From Verrucomicrobiota bacterium (lineage in GTDB: Bacteria > Verrucomicrobiota > Verrucomicrobiia > Opitutales > Cerasicoccaceae), in contig JBCBUK010000002.1 of the NCBI GenBank assembly GCA_039818205.1, forward strand, positions 256,001 to 320,000: a stretch of 64,000 nt of DNA, given 5' to 3'. Both the position numbers and the translations under genes were made by a program. The notes below the pieces were generated by a model. The model was given only the letters and a program-made list of their open reading frames with translations, searched no databases and had not been told where the DNA came from. This document shows positions 1 through 9,005 of the stretch, piece by piece. Each line of letters starts with the position of its first letter. Position 1 is the first letter of the stretch.

Positions 1-432
1 GGTGACCCGTTCGCCCTCCGACTTGATGCCGAAGAAGTCGACCGCAGACTTACTAAAATCAATTCCGCCTGACCCAAAACCGCGGCCAAGGCCAGTTCCC
101 GTTCCAGTGCCGGTTCCCACGGCTACTTTGGAGTCGATCGTGGGAATATCCACGTTGAGCTCGGGCAAATTCATTTGGGTTGGATTGTTGATAACAATCC
201 GACTTTTGGGCCGGGAGCTGTTTTGCAGGGACTTCTTCAGTCGAACTTTCTGCTCCTGCTGCTCGACGGGAGCCTCAACGACAGGTGGCGCTTCAAGCTC
301 CGGCTCCTCGGGCTTCATGGCGGTCCAGATATTGATACCTCCGAGGACCAGCAGCGCCAACACATGTAGCACTAGGCTGACAATGATAACTTCAATGAGC
401 GGAAGATTCGCTTTTCTTTTCTTACGTGGCAT
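1..432 (-). CDS. Membrane-anchored protein, N-terminal part only (runs off the window); probably leads into a vWA-like domain
   Basis: Not in ORF track. Hand translation from ATG at 432: MPRKKRKANLPLIEVIIVSLVLHVLALLVLGGINIW (basic N-terminus + TM), Pro/Glu linker, GTGTGTGTGLGRGFGSGG, then DFFGIKSEGERVT; open to position 1. vWA continuation is inferred from similar PVC-phylum proteins. Confidence 0.8.
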   Translation of the reverse strand, partial: MPRKKRKANLPLIEVIIVSLVLHVLALLVLGGINIWTAMKPEEPELEAPPVVEAPVEQQEQKVRLKKSLQNSSRPKSRIVINNPTQMNLPELNVDIPTIDSKVAVGTGTGTGTGLGRGFGSGGIDFSKSAVDFFGIKSEGERVT

Positions 433-612
433 GGAGTACGATAATTACGGTGCTGTGATAACTTGGGGGACCGCAGATTTAAGCGGTACTATACCACTGA
501 TGTCCAGTGGATTTTATCGTAAAGCAAAGCAAAGCCTCCCCAGGGATTACGTAAGTTCCTGGTAGCAAGAGATATGGGGGTATTTGTGGCGAGGGATCAA
601 CCGCTTCCACAC

Positions 613-647
613 GAAAATAAAACCAAACTTTCGCCTTCGGGTAAAGT
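613..647 (-). terminator. Possible intrinsic terminator of hom
   Basis: Minus strand ACTTT-ACC-CGAA-GGC-G-AAAGT hairpin followed by TTGGTTTTATTTT, about 20 nt after the hom stop. Confidence 0.45.
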
Positions 648-668
648 GGAAATGTATAATCTGGTAGT

Positions 669-2003
669 CTATTCCGCTTCGAAAATCCGAAGATTAAATG
701 GAGTTTCTAAACAAAAGTCCATGTCTTGGATCAGCGAAAGGGCCCTGCTGATTTTTGCTTCACTGGCCTGATGGGTTGTGAAAATCAGGGATGCACTGGA
801 GGAGTCCTTCTCCTCGAGTTGGATCATACTGGCGACCGAGATCTCGTTATCGGCAAAAATTTGAGTGATCTGGGCAAGGACTCCCGGTTGGTCCTTAACA
901 TGTAAACGCAGGTAATACGGACAGACCATATGCTCTGGGCCTGCGAGTTGGACCTCCTCAGCCAGTGCGCGGTAAGTATCCTCATCTTCCTCGGAGATGA
1001 CCGGTGGGGGAGCACCAAGTAGCGCGACAACGGCGTCGGCAATGTCGCTGATGACTGCGCTTGCGGTCGCATCTTGTCCGGCGCCACGACCAACCAGGAC
1101 CGTGGTTCCAACGACATCACCGGTTAGGCTGATGCCATTGAAGACTTCGTCAACTTGAGCAATCAACTCCCCCTTCGCAATCAGCGCGGGGTGTAGTCGA
1201 ACCGATACCGTGTTGTTATTAAAGTCCCGGCGAATGACGGCCAGCAGTTTGATCTTGTAGCCCAAATCCTTGGCGTGGGCGATGTCTGCGGTGGTAATCT
1301 CGCGAATTCCTTCGACAACCATGTCATCCAGTTTGACCCATTTTCCGTGGGCAAGGAAAGCGAGGATAACGGCCTTGTGGGCTGCATCCCATCCGTCGAG
1401 GTCGAGCGATTCATCTGCCTCAACATAGCCGAGCGCGCGGGCGTCGTCTAAGGTTGCCTCAAAACTCAGACCCTCGCGTTCCATCCGGGTCAAGATGTAG
1501 TTGGAGGTGCCGTTGAGGATGCCGAAAATGAGCGGGAACCGATTGGCCACGAGGCCTTCGCGCAATGATTTGATGATTGGAATGCCGCCGGCGACGGAGG
1601 CTTCGAAGAAGTAGTGAGCTCCTGAGGCGCGGGCAGTAGCGAAAATCTCTTCACCGTGATCGCAGATCAGTGCCTTGTTCGCGGTGACTACGGTCTTACC
1701 GGACCTGAGCGCCTTTAGGGTGAGTTCCCGGGCAAGTGTGGTTCCACCGATCAGCTCACAGATGATGTCGATCGATGGATCGTCGACGATTGAAAACGGG
1801 TCATCAGTGAGCTTGTCAGTCCCTGGATTGACGTCGCGGGCCTTCGTTAGGTCGCGGGCTGAGGCGCGAACGAGTTCGAGTTTTGCGCCCAAGCGATACT
1901 CCAAGGCAGACATGTCTGCTTCCAGGTGTTTCCAGACTCCCTGCCCAACGGTTCCGAAGCCGAGCAGTCCGATACGAATAGTGCGTTTACTAGTCACGCT
2001 CAT
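669..2003 (-). CDS. hom: Homoserine dehydrogenase with C-terminal ACT domain
   Basis: GLLGFGTVG, VTANKAL, FEASVAGGIP, GILNGTSNYIL, GRGAG, ACT start YYLRLHVKDQPGVLA; ATG at 2003 preferred over 2033. Confidence 0.96.
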   Translation of the reverse strand: MSVTSKRTIRIGLLGFGTVGQGVWKHLEADMSALEYRLGAKLELVRASARDLTKARDVNPGTDKLTDDPFSIVDDPSIDIICELIGGTTLARELTLKALRSGKTVVTANKALICDHGEEIFATARASGAHYFFEASVAGGIPIIKSLREGLVANRFPLIFGILNGTSNYILTRMEREGLSFEATLDDARALGYVEADESLDLDGWDAAHKAVILAFLAHGKWVKLDDMVVEGIREITTADIAHAKDLGYKIKLLAVIRRDFNNNTVSVRLHPALIAKGELIAQVDEVFNGISLTGDVVGTTVLVGRGAGQDATASAVISDIADAVVALLGAPPPVISEEDEDTYRALAEEVQLAGPEHMVCPYYLRLHVKDQPGVLAQITQIFADNEISVASMIQLEEKDSSSASLIFTTHQASEAKISRALSLIQDMDFCLETPFNLRIFEAE

Positions 2004-2261
2004 AGGGAAGTGGTGCTGCCCTTGGTTTGGCAACGCAAAATCGCTGACCTTGTGGATTCAGCGCATCGTAAAAACCGGGTAAATGAATCAGTGAAGTTAC
2101 GCTGGAGTCACAGTACTGTTCATATGGTGACAGACAGATAAGGATTAATCACTTTCATAAACACCTGGCGATTAATGATTGCCAGATTTACTTAATCTGC
2201 TTTAGGGTCCATATCCTACTTTGGTAGTACTGCTATTTAAAACTCCAACCTGCTATCCAAA

Positions 2262-2984
2262 ATGAGCGACGGAACCAATGAGGGCGATCTAGTCGATCGT
2301 CTGATCGATGAACTCCAAACCGCCCAGCGCGACCGACGCAATGCCCGAAATATCATGACGGCTTTGATTGCGATTGTTGTGGTGGTTTTTGTTTTCTTGG
2401 GAATCCAAGAAGTTAGCCAATTTCAAGACGAAGAGCTTGATAAGTTTGCCGAGGCACTTGCGATCGAAGCGACGGACCTCGGGCCTCAGATTGGGGAGGA
2501 CATCAGCCAGGCATTCAATCGCCTTGGGCCGGTATACGAAAAAGCCTTTGTCGATGTGTTTCAGCGCGATGAGGAACAATACTACACGGTTCTCTCCGAT
2601 GAATACATTGGATTGCAGCAGCACGCTCAATCGAGCTGGCCGAAAATTGAGGAAGCCTTGGCGGAGCTCGTTGTCACTCAGGAAGACACTGCTCGCACCG
2701 AGCTCGCTAAGTTCGTTGATCGCGAGAAGCTTGCCGACTTGAGCTACCATTACAATCAAGCGCTTCAGGACTATCTCTCCAAATACATGGAGGGGCGTTT
2801 TGCGGTGAACTTGGAGGTCAGCGAAGATATCGTGAACAAGCTGAACCAAATTGCTGAGGACGAGAAAGATATGTCTCCTCCCGATACGAAATACACGATT
2901 GGGTTGATGCTTGAGCTGCTAGGTCTTGAGATGCAGGAAGCCGCCGAAATTGAGTTTGAATCTGAAAATGGGACAGGAGCATAG
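2262..2984 (+). CDS. Hypothetical single-TM, acidic alpha-helical protein
   Basis: 240 aa; one TM (IMTALIAIVVVVFVFLGI) then a long acidic helical region; 2 nt from the next gene. Confidence 0.8.
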   Translation: MSDGTNEGDLVDRLIDELQTAQRDRRNARNIMTALIAIVVVVFVFLGIQEVSQFQDEELDKFAEALAIEATDLGPQIGEDISQAFNRLGPVYEKAFVDVFQRDEEQYYTVLSDEYIGLQQHAQSSWPKIEEALAELVVTQEDTARTELAKFVDREKLADLSYHYNQALQDYLSKYMEGRFAVNLEVSEDIVNKLNQIAEDEKDMSPPDTKYTIGLMLELLGLEMQEAAEIEFESENGTGA

Positions 2985-2986
2985 TC

Positions 2987-3694
2987 ATGAGCGACGCTGA
3001 TCAAAAACTTATCGATTTTATGCGGTCTGAGATCGCACGCACTCGCAAGGGTGTCAGCCAGACTTATCTCTTAGGTATCATTGTCGCAGTCCTGGTGGCT
3101 GGCTACATGACCTTCATTTTGTCCATGGTTCGCCAAGCGACTGACGGCCAGTTCTTGGCCAGCGCGGTTCGCATGCAGGTGGAAGCCGCAGTTCCCGAAA
3201 TGATTGATAGCGGGGAGCAAGCCTTGGCGCAGAAGGCAACGGGCATGGCCGAGACCATGAGCCGTCGTTTCATGGAAGGCGTTCCGAAGTTAGTCAATCA
3301 GGGTAAGGCTCAAATTGATGAAACCCACGAGGTTATTATCCCTTATCTCTCGAATGAATTCTCTGAGGTGGTTCGACTCTATGTCCTTTCTAATCAAGAG
3401 GAGTTGACAGCGTTTGCTGACCAGCACAATAGCCAGGAGTTTGCGACTGAGTTCACCGACCAGATGATGACGGAGTTTGCTGTTCAAATCGATGCCCGGA
3501 TGTCCGACGCAACCGATGGTGAAGGTCTGGCCTATTTCAACGAGAACCTGCTGACCTCATTGGTTGCCATGGATACCAAGTTGGACGAGTTGGTTTCGAA
3601 GCCCGTTGATGAGCTTACGCAGCGCGAGCGTTTGCAACGGCGTATTCTGGCTCGCCTAGTGTCCAGCGTGACTTCCCACGAGAACGCGCAATAG
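2987..3694 (+). CDS. Hypothetical single-TM alpha-helical protein
   Basis: 235 aa; SD-like AGGAG upstream; TM YLLGIIVAVLVAGYMTFIL; followed by a terminator. Confidence 0.8.
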   Translation: MSDADQKLIDFMRSEIARTRKGVSQTYLLGIIVAVLVAGYMTFILSMVRQATDGQFLASAVRMQVEAAVPEMIDSGEQALAQKATGMAETMSRRFMEGVPKLVNQGKAQIDETHEVIIPYLSNEFSEVVRLYVLSNQEELTAFADQHNSQEFATEFTDQMMTEFAVQIDARMSDATDGEGLAYFNENLLTSLVAMDTKLDELVSKPVDELTQRERLQRRILARLVSSVTSHENAQ

Positions 3695-3735
3695 GTTCTA
3701 ATCGCGACTTCCTTATCACCATTGCAATTGTTTGG

Positions 3736-3763
3736 GCTCCCTGGAAACGGGGAGCTTTTTTTT
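3736..3763 (+). terminator. Intrinsic terminator
   Basis: GCTCCC-TGGAAACG-GGGAGC followed by T8, between convergent genes. Confidence 0.8.
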
Positions 3764-4985
3764 AACTCGTTTTGCGGAATCGATCGTTACGCCAGAGGGC
3801 GGCGAACATAACACTGGATAGAAGTGCGGCGAGGGCTGCCATCAGGCCAACGCCCGGTGGAGAAAGCATTGCAAGGACCGTGTATCCGATAAACGGAGCA
3901 AAGATTCCGCGAATTCCTGTAAAGGCGGTATGGACGCTCATATAGGCGGAAACTTTTTCCGGTGGAGCGATCTTTGTGACCCACAAGGTCCAGCCAATCA
4001 TTCCGCCTCCCATGCCAAATCCAATAAATGCGGCCCCGGTGTAGATGATGGTGAGCGAGTCCCCATAGAAATAGAGCAGCATCCCAACAACAAAGCAGCT
4101 GTTCACGCAGATACGCCAAACGATGAAGTTGATGCGATCAAATAGGGCGCCCCAGAATTTGCCGCTGATGATGCGGGCGATTGCGGGGATGATCACGTTG
4201 GCGAGTGCGACTTGTTCGTTTGTCGCGTCGATTCCGTAGTCGGGGTTCGCGAGGATCTCAACCCGGATGGGCATTGTCATCAGATTGGCGATCCCAATCA
4301 TCATCCAGCTTGCTAGCAACCATCCGAAGAGCTTGTCGTCCCAAGCCAGCCTCAGGTTTTTAAGGGGGTTGGTGGTTTGTTCGGACGCGAGGGGCGTAGA
4401 TGGGATCTTGAGCAAAATTCCTGCATTGACCAAGCAACCAAAGGCCATGGCGAATAAGATAACCGGATACCAACTGAAATCCCAGTCGAGGAGTTTTCCT
4501 CCAAGGAAGGAAAAAATGCCGGTTCCTGCGGCGACCATTACCATCACCGTGGAGACCTTTTGTCCACGCTCCTGGGGGGTGTAGTTGTGGGCGTAGGTGT
4601 GAATAACGAGCGGCGTTGGCTGGGCATAGATCACGTTCCCGATGACAAACAGCGCCGTAAAGGTAAGCAGGTCGTCAACGAGGGCGGACGCGATCAGGAG
4701 GATACTTGCAGACACCAAGTAGAGTGAGATGACTTTGGTTACGCGCAGCCTAGTTGCCCGCGCGACCCACAGCGAAATGGTGTTTAGTAGTAGCCCGATA
4801 AATCCCGCTGCGGGGATCAGTCCTTTGATGAATTCGGATCCGCCAGCAACGTCGTCGGCCCCGTAGCCGCGAATCACAATGAGTAGGCCAAAGGTGATCC
4901 AGCTGCCTTCGGCGAGACCCAAAAAAAGCGCCCGCATACAGTCGTATCGGTAGGTTAACTTGGCTCTCTGAATCTGCGATTCCAA
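3762..4985 (-). CDS. MFS transporter
   Basis: 407 aa, about 12 hydrophobic segments, WGALFDR motif-A-like loop, PQERG and APPEKVSAY loops. Confidence 0.85.
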   Translation of the reverse strand: MESQIQRAKLTYRYDCMRALFLGLAEGSWITFGLLIVIRGYGADDVAGGSEFIKGLIPAAGFIGLLLNTISLWVARATRLRVTKVISLYLVSASILLIASALVDDLLTFTALFVIGNVIYAQPTPLVIHTYAHNYTPQERGQKVSTVMVMVAAGTGIFSFLGGKLLDWDFSWYPVILFAMAFGCLVNAGILLKIPSTPLASEQTTNPLKNLRLAWDDKLFGWLLASWMMIGIANLMTMPIRVEILANPDYGIDATNEQVALANVIIPAIARIISGKFWGALFDRINFIVWRICVNSCFVVGMLLYFYGDSLTIIYTGAAFIGFGMGGGMIGWTLWVTKIAPPEKVSAYMSVHTAFTGIRGIFAPFIGYTVLAMLSPPGVGLMAALAALLSSVMFAALWRNDRFRKTS

Positions 4986-5063
4986 GAGCTGATATACTCA
5001 CCTTGTGGGTCCGGGCACAATCCTTAATCAGATGCGCCGCAGGTGCCTATAGGGGTCGAGTAT

Positions 5064-6008
5064 CTATATAGGCTTTGTAATGCAAAGTAGAAACGTTGCA
5101 ACACAATGGTCATCAATGCTTATTGAGCGAAGTTCAGGACAAAATTTTGGGCGTTCGCTTTCGACCAATTGTCTGGCCACGTTCCAGGCGGGTTCTGGTA
5201 CCGATTCTGGCGGAATATCTCCCAGTGCTTTGTTAGTCCCAACCAGGTGGCGAATTAGGAATTCATATTCTGCCCCAGAATTCTCGGCCCATTCTCGGTA
5301 TTGGTTGAATCGAATGCGGTTGGGGCGTCCGGTGTTCTGAACCATCATGCGATGGCAAGCAGGAGAGGTTTGTAGCCACGCCAATTCCCCCCAGGATTTG
5401 AAAAGCCCTAGGCAACGGAGATCGATGACGTGTAGCATCCGGCCGCCGGGTCTGAGCCGTTCATAGCATAGTTCCAGTAGCGGCATTGGGTCGAGAACGT
5501 GTTGTAATACGCTGTTGCTTAGAATCAGGTCATACTCGGAGTCGTCTACTCTGAGGTGGTCCTCGGCTGGGACTCCCTGGACGAGTCGAAAGGCATCGTA
5601 GGTGGTCGCAATTGCTTCGCTTGGCAGTGCTGCCTTTCCGGTTCGTTTTTCTTCGCGCTCTTTTAAAATCTGGGCGACTTGCAGTTCCTTCTCGCGATCG
5701 TGGTGGGATTGGAATCGTTCGAAAAAGGTCACGGAATCGGCACCGCGTGCCCGCATCAGATACCCACCCGCGAGGGAATCGCCTGGGCCGAGCTCACAGA
5801 CATCACCGCGGTAAGCGTTAGGTCCGCTCAGCAGCTGCTCAAACAAGCCGACATACCATTCGGCATAGTCGGCCGACTTTTCTGCGGAATAGCGTTGATG
5901 TCGCTTTCCACTGCCGAAACTACCAATGCCGAGTCGTGTGCAAATCCCAAGGACGCTGTCCGTTGCGATATAGTATGCTCTGGTAAGTGATTTAGCGATG
6001 GCGGCCAT
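5064..6008 (-). CDS. Class I SAM-dependent methyltransferase
   Basis: VCELGPG motif I, YDLILSNSVLQHV, RLRPGG; directly downstream of wzt. Confidence 0.85.
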   Translation of the reverse strand: MAAIAKSLTRAYYIATDSVLGICTRLGIGSFGSGKRHQRYSAEKSADYAEWYVGLFEQLLSGPNAYRGDVCELGPGDSLAGGYLMRARGADSVTFFERFQSHHDREKELQVAQILKEREEKRTGKAALPSEAIATTYDAFRLVQGVPAEDHLRVDDSEYDLILSNSVLQHVLDPMPLLELCYERLRPGGRMLHVIDLRCLGLFKSWGELAWLQTSPACHRMMVQNTGRPNRIRFNQYREWAENSGAEYEFLIRHLVGTNKALGDIPPESVPEPAWNVARQLVESERPKFCPELRSISIDDHCVATFLLCITKPI

Positions 6009-6068
6009 GATCTTTACCGGCTGTGTGACGAATCGAGATCATGCCAACCTAATTAGCGCTTGGCGAGA

Positions 6069-6884
6069 TCACGAGGCTTTCCGCGCCTCAGACTCCAATA
6101 ATTCCAGCCCTGCATTGACGTCGGTCGTATCTGAAAGCACCTGTCCACTCTTCAGCACAATGACACGCCCACAGAGGTTTCGAATCTTCTCGGAATCGTG
6201 GCTGACAAAAATGATCGTGCGATCCTCCTCTTGGGTTAGCTCGCGCATCTTCTTGAGGCTCTTGGCCTGAAATTCTTTGTCACCGACCGCGAGCACCTCA
6301 TCGACGATCAATATCTCAGAATCTAGATGAGCGGCGACCGAAAACGCTAGCCGGACATACATGCCCGATGAGTAGCGCTTAACGGGTGTGTCGAGGAAGC
6401 GCTCGACTCCGGAGAACTCAACAATCTGATCAAACTTCAGGCCAATTTCCTTTCTGGGCATGCCCAAAATGGACCCATTGAGGAAGATGTTTTCGCGCCC
6501 GGTGAGCTCCGGGTGAAAACCGGTGCCAACCTCGAGCAGACTGGCGAGTCGCCCTTGGATCGTCATCTTGCCGGTTGAAGGGGTGACGATCCGGCTCAGC
6601 GTTTTTAGGAACGTCGATTTCCCTGCGCCGTTTCGGCCAATCAGCCCAATGCGTTCGCCCGGATGGATGGTGACATCGATATTCTTGAGCGCCCAGAAGT
6701 CTTCATCGGTTTCGGGTTGGTGTGTCTCATGAGCTTTCTTGGAAAGAAACTTGAAAGGCGATTTTAACAGCCGAGTAACGTCCTCATTGATCCGCGAGTA
6801 GCCCGGCATCTTTTGCCCGTTGGGCAAGTGATGTATTCGGTATTTCTTACCGAGGTTTTCGACTTTGATCGCAAAATTGTCCAT
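6069..6884 (-). CDS. wzt: Polysaccharide ABC exporter ATP-binding subunit (Wzt/TagH/RfbB family)
   Basis: Walker A GRNGAGKST, GFHPELTGRENI, signature YSSGM, Walker B ILIVDE, VSH. Confidence 0.93.
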   Translation of the reverse strand: MDNFAIKVENLGKKYRIHHLPNGQKMPGYSRINEDVTRLLKSPFKFLSKKAHETHQPETDEDFWALKNIDVTIHPGERIGLIGRNGAGKSTFLKTLSRIVTPSTGKMTIQGRLASLLEVGTGFHPELTGRENIFLNGSILGMPRKEIGLKFDQIVEFSGVERFLDTPVKRYSSGMYVRLAFSVAAHLDSEILIVDEVLAVGDKEFQAKSLKKMRELTQEEDRTIIFVSHDSEKIRNLCGRVIVLKSGQVLSDTTDVNAGLELLESEARKAS

Positions 6885-6929
6885 GTGCTTCGTGCTGCCG
6901 GTATCAGGTCCCAGTTGTCGTGCTTTAGG

Positions 6930-7817
6930 TTAGATGATGTCCGCGAACCAGGATTCGCTACTACGGAAGAAACGGATGCCAAACCAGCAGACGGCCACCG
7001 TCGCGACCATTGAGACCACCAGACCCGGTAGGTAGAGTGTTGCGCTATCCAAGATGGCCCAGCGGAAGCCATCGACAACGCCGACCATCGGATTGAGCGA
7101 ATAAATGAAGCGCCAGGCTTCCGGCACCTTGTCGCTGCTGAATCCCACTGGTGTTATGTATAAGCCAATCTGAATGACGAACGGCAGGATATGTTTGAAA
7201 TCACGATAGCGAACGTTCAACGCGGCGACCAAAACCCCAACGCCAAATGAGAGCGTGCCGGCGAGCAAAAGCAACGGCAGTAGGCAGATCAGCCTCCAGG
7301 TGAAGGAGACGTCAAACAACAGCATCAGCGCAAACAGCAGCACCAAGGATATAACAAAGTCGACCAGGCTGACCAGGAGTGAGCTGGCAGGTAATATTAA
7401 TCGCGGAAAATAGATCTTCGCGACAATACTGGTGTTGTTCGTCATCGATAGGGCGACATTTGTCAGGCCCTCGGAAAAGAACTGCCAAACAATCACGCCA
7501 GAGAAAACCATGACCGCATACGGATAGGGAGCGTCCTTGGCCAATCCAGCGACGTAGCCAAAAACGATCGTCATCACGGCCATCATCAGGATGGGTCGCA
7601 AAACTGACCAAAAGATGCCGACTGCCGTTTGCTTGTAGCGGACTATAAAGTCACGCCAGGCTAAGAATCCGAAGAGTTCGCGGAAGCGCCAGATCTCGTC
7701 CCAGGGGACCATCGCGAACTTGGCGGCATCTACTTCAACCCGATGGTTCTTGTACCGATCAGGCAATGGCTGATTGGCGTAGTCCTGTGGTGTGTCGGTG
7801 GTCTTAGCTTCTGACAT
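6930..7817 (-). CDS. wzm: Polysaccharide ABC exporter permease (Wzm/TagG/RfbA family)
   Basis: RDFIVRYKQTAVGIFW, KIYFPRLILP, LNVRYRD, LNPM, FADII C-terminus. Confidence 0.93.
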   Translation of the reverse strand: MSEAKTTDTPQDYANQPLPDRYKNHRVEVDAAKFAMVPWDEIWRFRELFGFLAWRDFIVRYKQTAVGIFWSVLRPILMMAVMTIVFGYVAGLAKDAPYPYAVMVFSGVIVWQFFSEGLTNVALSMTNNTSIVAKIYFPRLILPASSLLVSLVDFVISLVLLFALMLLFDVSFTWRLICLLPLLLLAGTLSFGVGVLVAALNVRYRDFKHILPFVIQIGLYITPVGFSSDKVPEAWRFIYSLNPMVGVVDGFRWAILDSATLYLPGLVVSMVATVAVCWFGIRFFRSSESWFADII

Positions 7818-7976
7818 TCGTGTGCATCAACGCAGTTAATCCTCCGAAAGGTAATTGGGTGCCAGCCTTGGTGGCGACAATTTTTCCTTGGCGTATGCGG
7901 TTGGGAGGATCACCTCGGTAATTGATAGTATCCGGATTCGTCCGTGGAGGAGGCGAACGGATTCAGCGGGTGCTCG

Positions 7977-8990
7977 CTATGGACGAGCACCTTCCGGATA
8001 AGGTTTGCCTTGGAGGAGATCCATGTCGGCTTCGACCATGATCTTGGCGAGGCCCTTCATGCGAGTCTGTGGTTCCCAGCCGAGCTTCTCCTTCGCCTTG
8101 GAGTAATCGCCAATCAGCAGGTCTACTTCAGCTGGGCGGAGGAACCGCTCGTCAAAGTCCACGTAATCCTTCCAGTCGAGATCCACGGCTTCAAACGAGG
8201 CATCAAGGAAATCACGGATCGAATGTGTTTCGTTGGTTGCGAGCACGTAGTCGTCAGGCTCGTCTTGCTGAAGCATGCGCCACATGCCTTCGACGTATTC
8301 CTTAGCAAAGCCCCAGTCGCGCTTGGAGTCGAGGTTGCCGAGGAAGAGCTTGTCTTGCTTGCCGAGCTTGATGGCTGCGGCAGCGAGTGTGATCTTGCGC
8401 GTTACAAAGGTTTCACCGCGGCGTGGGGACTCGTGGTTGAAGAGGATGCCGCTGCAAGCAAACATGTCGTAGGACTCACGATAGTTGACCGTGAGCCAGT
8501 GGGCCATCACCTTGGCACAGGCATAAGGCGAACGTGGCCAGAACGGCGTCGTTTCCTTTTGTGGGATCTCTTGAACCTTGCCGAACATCTCGGAGGAGGA
8601 CGCTTGATAAAAGCGAACCTTTTTGCCGATTCCGGCTTCAACGATTGCCTCGAGGATGCGACCGGCTCCCGCACCGGTGGCGTCTACGGTGTACTCCGGA
8701 ATGTCGAAGCTGACCCGTACGTGGCTTTGGGCGGCCAGATTGTAGATCTCATCCGGTTGCAGTTGGTAGAGGAGTTTCACCAGGGCAACAGAATCGCTCA
8801 GGTCACCATAGTGTAGGTGAAGCTTCGCGTCTTCTCCGTGCGTCTGGTGGTTGAGGTGGTCAATTCGCCCACGGTTCATTGAGCTCGAACGGCGCACAAT
8901 GCCGTGAACCTCGTAGCCCTTAGATAGTAGCAGTTCAGCAAGATAAGAACCGTCTTGCCCGGTAATGCCTGTGATCAGTGCCTTCTTCAT
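7977..8990 (-). CDS. gmd: GDP-mannose 4,6-dehydratase
   Basis: [58 protein letters not shown]. Confidence 0.97.
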   Translation of the reverse strand: MKKALITGITGQDGSYLAELLLSKGYEVHGIVRRSSSMNRGRIDHLNHQTHGEDAKLHLHYGDLSDSVALVKLLYQLQPDEIYNLAAQSHVRVSFDIPEYTVDATGAGAGRILEAIVEAGIGKKVRFYQASSSEMFGKVQEIPQKETTPFWPRSPYACAKVMAHWLTVNYRESYDMFACSGILFNHESPRRGETFVTRKITLAAAAIKLGKQDKLFLGNLDSKRDWGFAKEYVEGMWRMLQQDEPDDYVLATNETHSIRDFLDASFEAVDLDWKDYVDFDERFLRPAEVDLLIGDYSKAKEKLGWEPQTRMKGLAKIMVEADMDLLQGKPYPEGARP

Positions 8991-9005
8991 TGTAAAATTC
9001 GTCTA

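Noticed and set aside
2..565. 187-aa plus-strand ORF with a PVPVPVP repeat
   Set aside because: Antisense mirror of the minus-strand gene 432..1, whose GTGTGTG tract produces the repeat
7944..8816. 290-aa ORF antisense to gmd
   Set aside because: Shadow frame of a conserved, codon-biased gene; no motif of its own
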